Of a DNA stretch of 64,000 nucleotides, positions 40,171 through 53,800 are shown in pieces. Both the position numbers and the translations under genes were made by a program. The notes under the pieces were generated by a model, which was not told the DNA's origin, did not search any database, and saw only the letters and a list, made by a program, of their open reading frames with translations. The stretch comes from Tubiluchus corallicola (taxonomy: Eukaryota; Animalia; Priapulida). The DNA lies in contig JAQGDQ010000971.1 of assembly GCA_030141605.1 (NCBI GenBank), positions 1 to 64,000 of the forward strand, read 5' to 3'. Each line of letters starts with the position of its first letter. The first letter of the stretch is position 1.

Positions 40171-42907
40171 CAAATACGATTTGAGCTTATAGAAGTTAAG
40201 ACATAATAAAGTTAAAGTGTGGTTGGTAACATATGGCACAAACTGCTAGCACGCAATAACTAGGGCATGTTCATTAATCCTGTATAGATATAATTCGGGC
40301 CGAAGTAAGAATATTTGAGCCCCAGTAAATATGAACTAATCAGTCGAATTTGTCCAATATAAAGGTGGGAGAAATTGAGATGTTTAATGATACCTTTCTT
40401 AGTTTTCGGCTAAGTTTGGACTAGAATAACATCAGTAGATGGCGCTCTAGAAAAGTGAAATTTTACAGTATGATAGTGCGGTGCATTAGCTTTTGCTGTG
40501 AAAGTTACAAGTGAATAACTTTAGTGATTTTTATGTTATAACCGAAAATACATGAAAAATGTCAGCTAATCGTTTATTGAAACAAAAAGCAATCATGTTA
40601 AAGTATAAATCACTCAATAGATGGCAGCAAAACGAGAATATATCAACAAATTTACATCTTGATCGTTATCACAGATAATAAAGTACTGGTAAAGATTTGT
40701 TGTCAGAAAATGCAACTTAACTGTGGTATGTTGAATTCCCAGCGAGAGTATGCGAGAGTCGTGCAGTATGGAGCCGTTTGACGCAGAGGAACTAAAGGCA
40801 AAAAGTTGACAAAGTACACCTTACAGAAGTGAAAAACTGTGTCAGCTTGTTGGAAGAAATGCTTTCGTCTAGTTTGCAATTAGAAATCGTGGACACATGG
40901 GGAGCACTTGTTGTAAATTTTAATGATTGTGACACTCCGACATTTAGTTTTTTGACGTGAGACTTCTGTATCTTTGGGCAGATCTAAGGCAAAGACCTAA
41001 ACTTTTTAACGTTTGTACACAAATGTCTTCAACATCCGTGTGGTAATTTTTCAATTATTTTCAATTCTTCCTAAAATGTCGTGATCGAAACTTCGGCACA
41101 TTTTCGGGGCCACCTGATTCAAAATGAGGATGTTTTTCGCGAGAAATCTAAGAATACAGCAGTTTAAATTCATTGATACGTGTTTGTATTAATAGTGACA
41201 TTACAAGTGTCAACATTAGTGACACAAAATTAGTTCTAGTATTTATGCTTTTGACTTGCTGATTTAAAACTTCTGTATTTTTGGAAAAGTCTAAGCGAAC
41301 GAAGTTTCTGATGTTAATACGTAACAGCTGAAACTGTGACCAATGTGGTAATTTTCAAGCGATTTCGTTATTTTCTTTTCATAATATCGTGACCAACCAT
41401 TCGGCAAGTTAACACCATCACTGACTACAGTGGTTACAATGTGAACCAATATAACCCGGTGTTCATTAATGCATGTAGGCCGTTAATGAGCAAAAATATT
41501 TTATGATATATTTAAAGTAATTAGAAGCTGGAAGCTATAATGGAGAACCGAGTGACAAAAATATGTACTAGCATGAAGTGCAAGATGTAAATGATAGTAA
41601 ACTGAAACACTCAGCAAAATTAGAATAATAAAGCTTTCTCTCCTGTGTATTGTTCTGACATGGCTGTAATCCGGGCAGGTTTCGCACGAGTAAACAGGCT
41701 GGCGCTGGAAAAGACGGACATTTGATTAAAAATTCCTCTGTCATCTGTAATAGTTGACAGGGCATACGTTTTCCCGAAAAAACATGGCGGCAGCATGTTG
41801 AACGTGCAAGGAGGGTATATTTTGTACGGTTTATACTGTAGATACCAAAACAATGATCATCATTGGTACTGTTCCTTTTGCAGAAACAATGCATTGGTTT
41901 TGGCTTTCTTAACAAAGTTTAAGCATGTTTTTTACGAAGCTATAATGATATTTTTATGAGTGTTCTAGGTCCAAGACAGTTCTGTGCAAGGCCACTTTAC
42001 ACGTAATATGTTCTTCCATTTTTGCCTCAGAAAATTATGTATAAGAATCATCAAACTACTCGTTTTGTGGTCTCAATTGCAGCAGATATCAACTTAATTC
42101 TTTCATGGGCGCACCGTTTAAAATAGGTCTTATAAGACATATGACATTTCTGTTACTGTACGAACACAGACATAATTTAATGATTTAAAGTAGGTACTGT
42201 CTATTATCCACCCATACAGGAGAATCTCGGCTATCCAATCATGCAATTTGTTTAAACATTTATAAGTGATTTAATTGGATAAAATTATGAAAACCACGCC
42301 TTTTTGCACTCCAGTTAGCATGCTGAGTAGCTTAGTCTGGTGTACACTTGCGTGATCGTACACGCCATTTTATTGATCGCCTTTTTGCTACAGCCCAAGA
42401 GAACCGTCTACTGTACAGAGTTCCAGGAAAGGCCAACCGATAAGACAAGGAAGAATTAAGGTCGTTTCATCTTTTTAACGCAAATTTTTCGGTACTTGAT
42501 GCCAAATTGTATAATTTTACACGAAACTCCATTGTGTGGGGAGCAGATATCCACAAAAATTATGAACTGTAACTTAATAATACTACTTAGTGAAAGCAAT
42601 TTTTCATAAACCTATGCAGAATTTGTACAGTAAACGCTATCGGTTCTGAGGGAATTAACAATGTTTATTAACGTAACTGCAATGTCATGTAACTGTCAGT
42701 GGTTGCCAGTGCTGAAGAACTTTTTTAACTCAAGCCGTCCAAAGTTATTTTTGTTTTATAACGTCATGAACATGAGACGTAACCATTAGTTACATCACTA
42801 ATGGAAACCATTGTAGCCATTGTTATAACTGCTCAGTAAATTTTTATTTGACATCCAAGCTGCTAACTTTTCTCATTCATGTCTTGTCTGCATATTTCTA
42901 ATGAAAG

Positions 42908-43355
42908 TAGCCGAGTCATTATTTTGGCTACGTGCATGGTTGTATAATTTGTTTCTTTTATGACGTCACCACTGTGTGATGATGTCATCTCTGTTTTGAT
43001 GATGCTGGGATACCGTATAAATTACTATGTAGTAATTATGGAACTTGTACCATGATACTATGCTACTACATTTCTGTAGCTAAGTCATTATTTTGGCTAC
43101 GTGCCTGGTTGTATAATTTGTTTCTTTTATGACGTCACCACTGTGTGATGATGTCATCTCTGTTTTGATGATGCTGAGATACCGTATAAATTACTATGTA
43201 GTAATTATGGAACTTGTACCATGATACTATGCTACTACATTTCTGTAGCTAAGTCATTTTTTGGCTACGTGCCTGGTTGTATAATTTGTTTCTTTTTTGA
43301 CGTCACCACTGTGTGATGTCATCTCTGTTTTGATGATGCTGGGATACCGTACAAA
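42908..43355. repeat. ~168-bp tandem repeat, ~2.6 copies
   Basis: agtcattattttggctacgtgc.tggttgtataatttg recurs. Confidence 0.92.
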
Positions 43356-43721
43356 TTTCTTTGTGCGCATGCGTAGTTATTACAAATTTTTCTCATAACG
43401 TTTAAGATTGCGTGCAACCTATATATTAAATACAGACAATAATTATTGCTAAATGAGCATCTCTAATTGCAATCAAAGTAGGGAAGTGTACTTCAATAGT
43501 TGTTCAAGGATTCTCGTAACAAAAAATCCAATTAAATGAAACAAATAAGCAAAGAACCGTCAAGAAAAAAAAGAAAAAATTAATGAATGATTTTCAAGTA
43601 AGAGGAGTAATCACATTTTATAAAGAAGTGTAATTCGGAAATGAGCAATTTCTTCTTAAATTTTCTAAGCTAAGCTACTGAGCTTTAATAGCTCTTTTAT
43701 AAACGGCTGTGTGTGATACAT

Positions 43722-44318
43722 ACCTTATAGGGTCACGATTTTTTACAACCGATTTTGGTAACCGAAGGTAAAAAATTACCCCCACCATAATTCGTAAATT
43801 TCTTTTGATAAACCGCTATGCTTCATTAGTAAACAGCAACAGCATAATTTGTGGTTATGCTGACCACCATAGGATACATTATATCTCTGCTTAAAGACAT
43901 GTGACTTACTAGTAATACGAAATTTAAATTCACTTAGTTACGTTCCCTTATCTATGCTAGAATAAGTGTAGACAACCTACATTGCTAGCCAGTGTGCAAA
44001 AGTCATTGTTATTTTGAATTTATTGTCTTCTGCTTTCTTCTTTTAGGTGGAGTAATTTGAGTAAGTGACATGGCCACAAACCAACCACGCCGATTTTCAG
44101 CACAACTTGCCACCAAAAAATCGACATATTGCATTTTCACTTTTATTTCGTGGTGAGACAATGCGCCTAAAATAAATAACTGAAAGTATTTTGTGCACAA
44201 AACATATTTAGAAAAAGCCATAGAAAAGGTTTACTGGGATGCGTATGGTAAAAGGGAAAAATGCAAAAAACCGGTCTGGGGGTAATTTTTTACCCCCCGG
44301 TGACCCTATAGGGGTTAA
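43722..44318. mobile_element. piggyBac-like MITE (left end eroded)
   Basis: Right end is gtgaccctatagggg-TTAA and left end is ccttatagggtcac. Subterminal ggtaaaaaattacccc is inverted at both ends. Confidence 0.6.
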
Positions 44319-44619
44319 TTGTTCTTTGTCATTATTGTGAAACACAACCACACTTTCATTTTACAAATTCTTAAGTTGTAATTTCATTTTTGTTTCAATC
44401 AATTTCGTTTAAATCGCAGGCCATGCCACAAAATTTTATATTTTTTGTAAACGAAACATAGGTGATCCTAGTACTTTTCCAACGCTATAAAAGTCCTAGT
44501 GTCGTCTAGAAAGTATAATTTTATAATTTTAGAATTTAATTTTAAGTTTATTGTCATGTGACATATATAGCATGAACGAGGTGACTTGATTCTTACTTAC
44601 CTGTTGCTCCATAGGCTTG

Positions 44620-44830
44620 TTGATTATGACTACTGGCATCTTTTTGTATTGTCTAATGATGCAAGGCATCGTGGATATTAATTTAAAGCGTACAAAGCCC
44701 CAAGTTCGACTCCGCGTGCGTCTGGACAGTTTTGAATGTCGAGTAATAAACGTATGGAACTCTTTGCCATGTAAAGTTGTAAATTCTCCTAACTTAACTA
44801 CCTTTACAGTCATCTCTACCAAAACTAGCA
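44620..44830 (+). mobile_element. CR1-type LINE 3' remnant
   Basis: FECRVINVWNSLPCKVVNSPNLTTF. Confidence 0.75.
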
Positions 44831-44898
44831 ATGCTTTTTTTGTATTTTTGTACTTTCTATTAATTATTATTTTCATAGGTACGTAAAATTTAGCACTA

Positions 44899-45293
44899 AT
44901 AGGTTTTACACGTCAACTGTAGACACAGGAAAGTTCAAATGTGCCTTAGGTAAGTCAAATGTAGACATAGGAATTTCGAATGTGTTTTGGTAACTCAAAT
45001 GTGACTTATAACGTTGTTATTTTAACTTAAGAGCAATTATTAAATTGAAATTAAAGAAGATTAAATTTAACATCCTTAAACTTTACCACCTATCCACATT
45101 TGAGATACCAATGTCACATTTCACTTGACATGTGTCTACATTTGATTTACCAAAAGCGCTCAAGATTTCTTGAAAACCATTGCTAACACATTTGAACTAC
45201 TTAAGTCTACATTTGAGTTACCAAGACACGTTTGAATTACCCAAGTCTACATTTGACTTAACGTAGGTCTAAATTTGACGTATAAAACCTATA
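44899..45293. mobile_element. fold-back MITE, same family as 21507-21777
   Basis: ataggttttacacgtcaa...tttgacgtataaaacctat. Confidence 0.85.
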
Positions 45294-46079
45294 CACGTAC
45301 TTACATTATTCTACTGTATGATATGCTGCACTATGTTGTCCGTTTCGTACGGGATTCTTTTGGGTAATTTAAATTACTGTATTTTGTTGTAATTTTTAGT
45401 TACCAGTTGAGCTACAATTACCTATAGATAATAAATAGACATGCGTCGTATTTTGTACAAATAATGGTAGATTTTATAATTATTTCCCGTCTTAGCATAA
45501 TTTTAGCTGCATGAATATACAGTCATTATTTCCTATGATTTTGCTCAGTTATGCCTGGCAAGCTATGGACTAAATCATTCACAACACAACTGTAACCCCC
45601 AGGTGCTCCATACCCGACTGTATATGTAAGCTATAATGAATTTTAACTAAAACAGGTATACAGAGGTATGTTATAATTCGATTTTTATTCGGGAGGCGTT
45701 ATCCTACTGACTGTATCATGAGTAATGAGGCTGGTAGACACGCGGGCTCAATATATTAACTGAATCACATTGGCAGTTTGTGATTGCTCGCCGGCTAACT
45801 CGTTGTGAGACCTTCCCAATTCGTCAGCCGGAGTACGGTGGGCTGAGATGAGGAAGCAACAGCAAAGTGTAAAAATCAAGGTAAGAAGCTGAGTAGCATT
45901 AATTAGTTAATTAGTTTCGATTACGCGTGCTCACTTTAAAAGACGGCTGTAGCTTCTACGTTTTAAAATCAGGCGAATGAGGAGGTTTTAATTATTTTAA
46001 AATTTTAAAGTTTGCGGGTCATTCAATGTACGTTATTATTTTTACATAATTTTTGAATATACATTGTTCAAAGCCTACG

Positions 46080-46136
<57 letters not shown>

Positions 46137-46211
46137 CGTAATTTCTCCTTGGCCCATGGCTGCCTTAAATCAGTAGTTAAAGCCTGTAAAGGTTTGCACT
46201 AATGTATATTT

Positions 46212-46436
46212 TTTTACAGGAACTTAAAAACATTTATAGTTAAAACACTTCAACTTTACTTAAACTTTTAATTTACTAAGTTATAAATCATGTTTCGACA
46301 GAGCTGCTGCTGTCATCATCAGTGGTAAATTTTTACAAACGTACAACCAGTTTATATAAGCAGAGCCTATAGTATAGAACATAATTCCACTGCTAAATAC
46401 CTAATAAGCGCATAATGTTCTATACTGTATGCTCTA
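46212..46436 (-). mobile_element. Penelope-like pLTR fragment with hammerhead-like core at 46292-46322
   Basis: Homologous to 28795-28965. The minus strand reads CTGATGA-T-GACAG-cagcagct-CTGTC-GAAAC. Confidence 0.8.
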
Positions 46437-47208
46437 CTATACTAAAAACTTAACACATACCTGTGTGTAGACCTATATATATATATATATATATATATAA
46501 TGTTATATCATTTCATTTTGTTTTGCTTTCCTTAATTGTTCCTTATAACATGAATCATTTTTGCATTTTTTTCTTTCTTACGCTAAAGTGAACTTCAATG
46601 AAGGATTTTTTAAAATTAATAGTGTTATAAATGAACTCTAGTCCAGCCATGTACAAAAGGTAATAAATCTGTAAATAGGGGTGGTTGTCTTAGTTGACCG
46701 TATGGTGTTTCACCAGCATTTCTCCATACAATTAACCCTTCTTTTTAACAGTAGGTTAGGCTGTAAACAGATAATTAGTAGTTTGTAAATTGTGAAAATT
46801 ATTATCATGTCTATCATGTACTGTAAAACTTAAAGGAGATAAATAAACAATCTTAATCTTAATCTTAATCATATAATTTCAACGGAATAATTACACACAG
46901 AAGCGTCTTTGCCTGTTAATTTTTCTAGAGAATGGTAGTTTTTTAATTTTTAAAGCTAAATTTAACAAACGATACTGACTAAGTTTTCAGGACATGAAGT
47001 GTTCTAACGACGAAAATTAAAATGGCGGCACTATGCAGGCGTGATTGTGAAATTCTAAGCTTGCAAATTTGCTAAACACTGCTTACAAGTGATTTTCAGA
47101 AGTTGAAAAGTAAGGTCTTGTAGCAAAGCTTTGGTTTGGAAACTTTAAAAAATGTAGGACGCATTTCGGTATTTAATTTTTTTTTTAAAATTAGTATTTT
47201 CCTATCTC

Positions 47209-47387
47209 CAGGGCCGGCCTTAGCGCCTCACCCCTCAGGGGGTCCTCACGCCGAGGTAACATACATTATATGTTTTTAATAAATTGCGTAATTTTATTTT
47301 TTCGTTTTTATTTTTTATTTTTCTATTTCATTTGGCGCCACCAAATTCACTTCGCCTAGGGCCTTCAATTACCTAAGGCCGACCCTG
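47209..47387. mobile_element. hAT-type MITE
   Basis: TIRs CAGGGCCGGCCTTAG / CTAAGGCCGACCCTG. 8-bp TSD cctatctc / cctacctc. Confidence 0.88.
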
Positions 47388-47751
47388 CCTACCTCATTAT
47401 AAAATTTAAAATGCTTGTCTAGAATAACGTTATTATTCACCATTTGAAAAACTTTGCTATTAACAGTATAAGGTGAAGATCAAATTGTACAATTAAAAAC
47501 TAGAAAAAATAATTCTAGTAATTAAGCCTATGTGTTTCAAACGTACATTTTATTCACATAAATAATTTTAATTTACATTTCGAAATAACGCTTGGTTCCA
47601 AAAATGAAACGGATACACTAGCTGTATCTTAAGCAATCTGTTTACATTAATTAAATAGCTGTCATATTTTGTCCAGTGAGTTTTTCCACTGTGACAGCAG
47701 TTATGTTATTTTTTTGAGAAAATTAAAACAGTAAGCCCATCAGCATTAGTT

Positions 47752-48200
47752 TTAAAGAGAGATAGAATGCTTTTTCATACACTACCCCATTTTCAGATTC
47801 AATAAAAAGTACATTTTTTAACACAATTAATACTGCAAAGCGTTTCTGATAATTAAATAATATATTAAAATCTTAATTAACGGCGGGCGAGGTCAACTAT
47901 TGATGACATCACAAACTAACATAATTTTCATCAGCAAAAATATTTCACGAGCGTGTTCTATGGTGTTTGCGAAAACGAAAATTGAAGTACAGTGCTACTG
48001 TAAGATATTCAGTGTGTTGTACTAAAACTAGGCAAGTTCTAATATAAAAATTCAAATTTCAATTTTACCTGTGCTCACGCATGAGCTATTGAATGTGTGC
48101 AGTTCGTCACGAACTAACATTTTTGAAAAAAATAGTTATTTTAAATAGTAGATTGTTTTGACCTACAGTTTACAATGGGGGGGGGGTCCTTTAGCTTTCA
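47752..48200 (-). mobile_element. Kolobok-like MITE copy (internally deleted)
   Basis: Homologous to 49275-49900, with degenerate termini. Confidence 0.8.
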
Positions 48201-49274
48201 AAATGGGGTAGAAAACATGTATGTGATGACAATGTATTTACTGGGAGACTAAGATTTACTGTACGCGAAAATGATTAATGGCGCGCGCTCCCCCTGCATG
48301 TACGCTAAATCAGCACGGCGTCATAAATTGAAATAAATTAGATAATCTTGCATTTGCGACTAGTATCCGTGATGATTTTGACATAATTAACATTTTGCAA
48401 TACTTGTGAATTGTTCTTGAAACTCAACCTTTTATTTATTTTATGCTTTAGTGCTTATATGAAACTATTATCATTCCTATCTAAAAATGATTTGTATACC
48501 TACAGCCTTATGGTCTTTTAGTGAGCCTATTTCAGTGTAATTTTTTTTGTAAATTATTTTTAGTTAAATTTTACTTTTATAGCTGAATTTACTAAAGGTA
48601 CAAAGAACATTTATGGTAGTACAATAAGACCACTTATCGCTTCGTTATGCAAAATTAATAATAAACCATAAATAAAATACGTAAAAATATCCAGGGATCC
48701 TTTATATTTTGTAAAAAGTATACAACTGCTCTCCTGTTTTGTAAAAAATGTTGTCCAATCAGTTTGGCATTACCTGTTTTTTAATAATAAATTGCTGAAT
48801 TAAAATTCCGCTATTAAACTGTTGTTAAAGGGCGGATCATACGTAACAATTTAAGAAAATATTGGTGTTCAAAGTATGTACAGTGACCTTCCAGTACAAC
48901 CCTGGATTATATCGTAGAGCATACATTCGAACTTAAGATTATTTAAACAAAAAATTTATGCATTAGTTAGAAAAATTGAGGACTAATATACGTAATATTC
49001 ATTAAATCATCACATTTGCTAAATTTATAAGAAGTTTATCTTGAATACATATGCCGATAATTCGCAAATCCACTACAAAAACCACATTTCTTTTATTTTA
49101 TTTTGATCAGTTTTCTCTTTATTTAATATTTCAGACATTAGATGTCTCGAAATTTATAAAACGAGTCGAAATAAACTATTGTTAAAGCATAAGTTTAGAA
49201 AAGTTGCTATTTTATGATAAACTAGTATGCTATTTGCTGTTTTGAACTATTGACTGTAACAATACCTGAATGTT

Positions 49275-49900
49275 TTAAGGAAGACAGGATGATTTTCCAT
49301 ATATTAACCCATTTTCGAATCCGATAAAAAGTGTACAGTTTAACACAATTAATATTGTAAACGCGTTTCTGATAATTAGATAATAGACTGAAATCTTAGT
49401 TAACCGCGGGCGAGCCCAACTATTGATGACATCACAAACTAACATAATTTTCAACATGAAAACATTCCACGAGCGTGTTGCACGTGTTTGCGAAAGCAAA
49501 AATTCAAGTTCAGTGCTACTGTAAGATATTCAGTGTGTTGTACTAAAACTAGGCAAGTTCTAAGATAAAAATTCAAATTTCAAATTTACCGCTGCATTCA
49601 CGCATGAGCTGTCGAACGTGTGCAGTTCGTCAAGAACTATCACATCTGAACTGAGAGGTAGAGCACCTGTTTTTTGTGCAATGCGTTTCCGAAATGCAAG
49701 CGCTAGTACTCGTCTAACTAGCGAATGACGAAATGCATGTAACAGCGAAGAACTAGTGGCGCGAACGTGAAATTGTGTTTGTGTGGTAATAATTCTTTCG
49801 CGTAAGTCATTCTTGAAAAAATAGTATGTTTCCTTTCAATATTTTAATGAGTAGATTGTTTTGATCTGCAGTTTAAGACTGGGTCCGGGATTTGCTTTAA
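49275..49900 (-). mobile_element. Kolobok-like MITE copy
   Basis: TTAAGGAAGACAGG...CCGGGATTTGCT-TTAA. Confidence 0.88.
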
Positions 49901-50479
49901 AACTTTAATGATTTATTTATTTGTGTTGTTTGTATTTTTACAGGTTTGTTATGTGTTTGAAGCCGTGTAAATCTACATGTCAACGAGTCTCATAATTCAG
50001 CTACATTATTAACACTTTTTCGTTCGTGTTATAAATTCTGTACTCAAAAATTTAATGTTAATTTTCATACCTTTGCATTATTTAATTTAAACTGAATATT
50101 CGTATAAAAAAGTTTATCAAAGCAGATGCTAACGAAAATTATTGAATTTATTGTTTTTAGTGATTTTTACTATACTTATAATACTATTATACTATATACT
50201 ATAGTAAAATAGTATATATTTTGAATTATGCAGGTAATATTGTCATTTGGAATATTGTGTGCAGTGCAGAAGCAACAATAACAATGCAGTTTTTTTAAAG
50301 ATACACATTGTACTGTGTCTGATTTTTTCATCCATTGTGGCAGCTTCTTTCACTACGCGTTGAACACGTAATGTAATCTAAAATTTGTCTATATAGTGCG
50401 CTACATCGTTTAAAATCTGACGCACAATAAAATAATTTCAAAACTCATAAGAAACACAAAATTTAAAAGATATTCAAAA

Positions 50480-50760
50480 TTAAAAATAATTGGTCGTAAA
50501 AAAGTACGATTTAAACAAACGTGTTTTAAGATGTTGTATAAAAGAATCTAATGAGTTTCTAGAACGTGTAGCAACAGGTAAGTTATTCCAGAGATTCCAG
50601 AGTGTGGAGCACAGACAGAAAAAGGTTTTTCCCCATAGAATTCTGTATTAGGAATTGGCTGATGTAAATGAATTTGTTCATAAGCATTAGAACGGAATTT
50701 TTGACCCATGTTACGGCGTATCAAAAGATCAGTATGGTATGCAGGGTAATTCAATTATTT
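50480..50760 (-). mobile_element. degenerate L2/CR1-group LINE 3' remnant
   Basis: FRS..QIHLHQPIPNTEFYGEKPFSVCAP, followed by a frameshifted LWNNLP-like segment. Confidence 0.55.
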
Positions 50761-51074
50761 ATTCTCCAAGTACAGCTAAACTCTAATTTAGCTAAATATG
50801 CAAGATATACAGAATATAATAAAACACGCTGTCAAACGTCACTTCTTCGCTGACATAAAGTGACTTAAGACATTGGATTATGATCTTCATAACTAAGTTT
50901 GATAATTTAATCATCAAAACGCCAACTTAAGCAAAATGTCGTCAGAACTATGATCTGCTTCCTATATTGACTTATTATAGTGCTAATGCATGTAATTAAC
51001 GTGCGTATGAACCACATGAAAGAGGTTATTTAGGAAAATTCAAGTAACAGCGTTCAACCAAGTTTTTGCCCTGT

Positions 51075-51360
51075 GTGGAAACTTACACGGCAAAAGATAG
51101 CAAAAAGTATCAAAAGTATTAAAATTCACAATATTTCATAAGTCACAGTCACGTCATGATGTAGACAAATTTGTAGATATGTAATATAGTATTTTAATGC
51201 TCTTATTCTTATGATTTTTTAACTTACACTAACTGACACAATTGCACACATCAGACTGTCACTGACTGGTTATCCACTGATCTTACGTATGATGTAATTT
51301 GTTTTACTCTGTACTTGCGTATAATTTTTGCAATAAAGATTTATATATGTATTTATATAA

Positions 51361-51401
<41 letters not shown>

Positions 51402-51496
51402 TAAATACATATATACATATATAAATCTTTACAGCAAAAATTATACGCTAGTACAGAGTAAAATAAATTACATCATACATAAAATCAGTGGATAAT
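51075..51496. mobile_element. two LINE-like 3' ends tail-to-tail at a (TA)n tract
   Basis: 51269-51349 is the reverse complement of 51417-51496. Same family as 35400-35670. Confidence 0.7.
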
Positions 51497-52697
51497 ATAT
51501 ATATATATATATATAACAGAAGTGTATGTATTTTCACTCATGAAAAGCTTGCATTCATAAAGCACACCAAGCAAGACCATGCGCTTTGGTCCCATGGTGT
51601 TTAACAATAGATTTATAGACATGCATTGTTCATGTATGCATTCTAAAAATAGCATCTAACGATTTTCATTACCTTCCGAATAATTTTCGATTATTGATTT
51701 TGCATTTTTGTTTTATGCATCGCTATCATAAGGTGATATATCTCAATGGATACAAATACTAGCGTACTAAAATTATATACTTAGAGATTCTTTTGCTACA
51801 TTACAGCCTAAGCGAATAAAGAAGCCAAGTTTTAAGTAAGAAACACCTGTCTGGGAAGCCATAAACACCACTTACCTGAGAAACCGTTGGGACTCCGATT
51901 TTGCACGAATTGAAGAGCGGTTCATCTTCATCCTCATCCCTTGCTGTGCACAGCTTCAGCAACGATTGCTCATATGGCCATCAGTCAGTTTAAAACAAAG
52001 TGACGACGCTCATCCGTACAGAGGCAACAAAGAGCAATTAAGTTTATTGTCGCGCTGATTCGCCTCATGTATTAAAATCTGTTTGCGTTACACATATTAT
52101 ACGTATCGTTAAGCAATTGATGTTTGCGAATCCGACATTATGTTTCAATTGTAATTTTTCCCTGAAATGACTAATGACAACGAAAATGAGCCGAAACTGA
52201 CGAACGTCATGCAGGCAGAATCCGGATTCAGTTTCATTTTAATGTGAATTGAAACTTAGAGCCAATATCAAGCAAAAAAGCAAACAAAACGTCATACCTT
52301 GATAAAAATGATTAATTTTTTTTATTTTTCTAATTAGTCAAACTATATCGGTTTCAACTGAGCTTATAAAGTCCTCTTTTTTCGAAGTTTGTTTTTGTCA
52401 GATATATTACGAGCTAATTAACCTCAAATCGAACTCTATCTGATGCAGTCATTAAATAACATGTAGAACGTATTGCATATAAAAGAGCACAAGTAGGAGG
52501 CAAAGTAACAAAAGGTCAAATGTCAAAATGTCAAAATGTCAAAGGTCAAAAGGTAACATGAGACAAATACAGGAAAAAGTCATAAAAATAGATAAAAATA
52601 GGCTAAAAACAATAGGAAACGGAAAAAGATGAGAAATTGAGAAATCAATGATAAAATTTCACATCGGGGCGTGCTTAAAATAGGTGGTTGTTGGCGC

Positions 52698-52972
52698 CAT
52701 AGGCGTACGAGCCGGGGGGGGGTGAGGGGGCTGCAGCCTCCCCCGCATTCGGGCAAGCAAGTTTTTTAGGCCATCATCAATTTTCTGAGCACCGACCAAA
52801 TGATGGAAAAATAAAATAATATTTTTTATAAAAGGAAATCTGGAAATAAAGTGTCCGAAATCCGGGCATTTTTCCGATCATGGGGTGGGGTGAGGCAATT
52901 CCCGACACGGGACTTTTTTGGATGGGCAAAAATGGCTCAGCCCCTCTGGAAAAATCGGTCCGTATGCCTATG
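52698..52972. mobile_element. hAT-type MITE
   Basis: TIRs CATAGGCGTACG / CGTATGCCTATG. 8-bp TSD gttggcgc / gttgacgc. Confidence 0.88.
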
Positions 52973-53339
52973 GTTGACGCATTTCTCTGTGGGATAGGCA
53001 GGCGAGGACAGAACGCAGAAATAAAACCATTCGAAACTGTGTTGCTGACTGTCCCCCTATCCTTTACTTGCTCAAACACGATGTTGCTTAACTTGAGTCG
53101 TTAAGTGACCACCAAGCGTCACCATTTTAGCGGCATTCTGTTGATTGTTCTCAAGTGTTCATTATGAATTATACAAAAAATTAGGTTATTAAAATTGGTT
53201 GCTCACTTGGACATACCTAAAAGTGACTGCTTTTAGCAAAAGAGGCCTACAGAAAATTGTTTGCATACATAAACTGTAAGTTTGAAAGTTTGACCAAACA
53301 TCCACTTGACCAGGGCCGGCTTATATATATTTATATATA

Positions 53340-53800
53340 TAATCTTTATTTGCCATTAAAATACATTGATAATCACTGATAAAAACTTTACAGAGATGAT
53401 CAATCAGTGTTAGTTAATAAAAACTTACACTGCCAACGGCAAATGCGTTAGCGCAATCTAAACTACTGTGCAGCAATAAAAAGTAACGACGAATAAAATC
53501 AAACGTATTTACAATTATTCACAAAAAAATGAAAAAATTATGATTTAATTAATATGGCCGTGGGTATATGAATTCTGAATTAGTGTGTATGTTGTCGTGC
53601 TGGTGTGATGGTATTTCATATCTGGTTAATATTAGTGCTTTTAATTTTGTTTTAAATGCTGATAGGGACTTGATTTGTTTAACATGTAATGGTAGAGAAT
53701 TCCAAAGTAGAATTGCTTGTTTGATCACAGAGTTCGTTCCATAGTGGGTATTTGTCCTAATTTGTTTTAGATTGCTTGTTCTGGAATTAACTGTTAGATT
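53340..53800 (-). mobile_element. CR1/L2-group LINE 3' end nested in a CAGGGCCGGC-type MITE end
   Basis: Reverse complement of 31635-32095. Confidence 0.85.
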
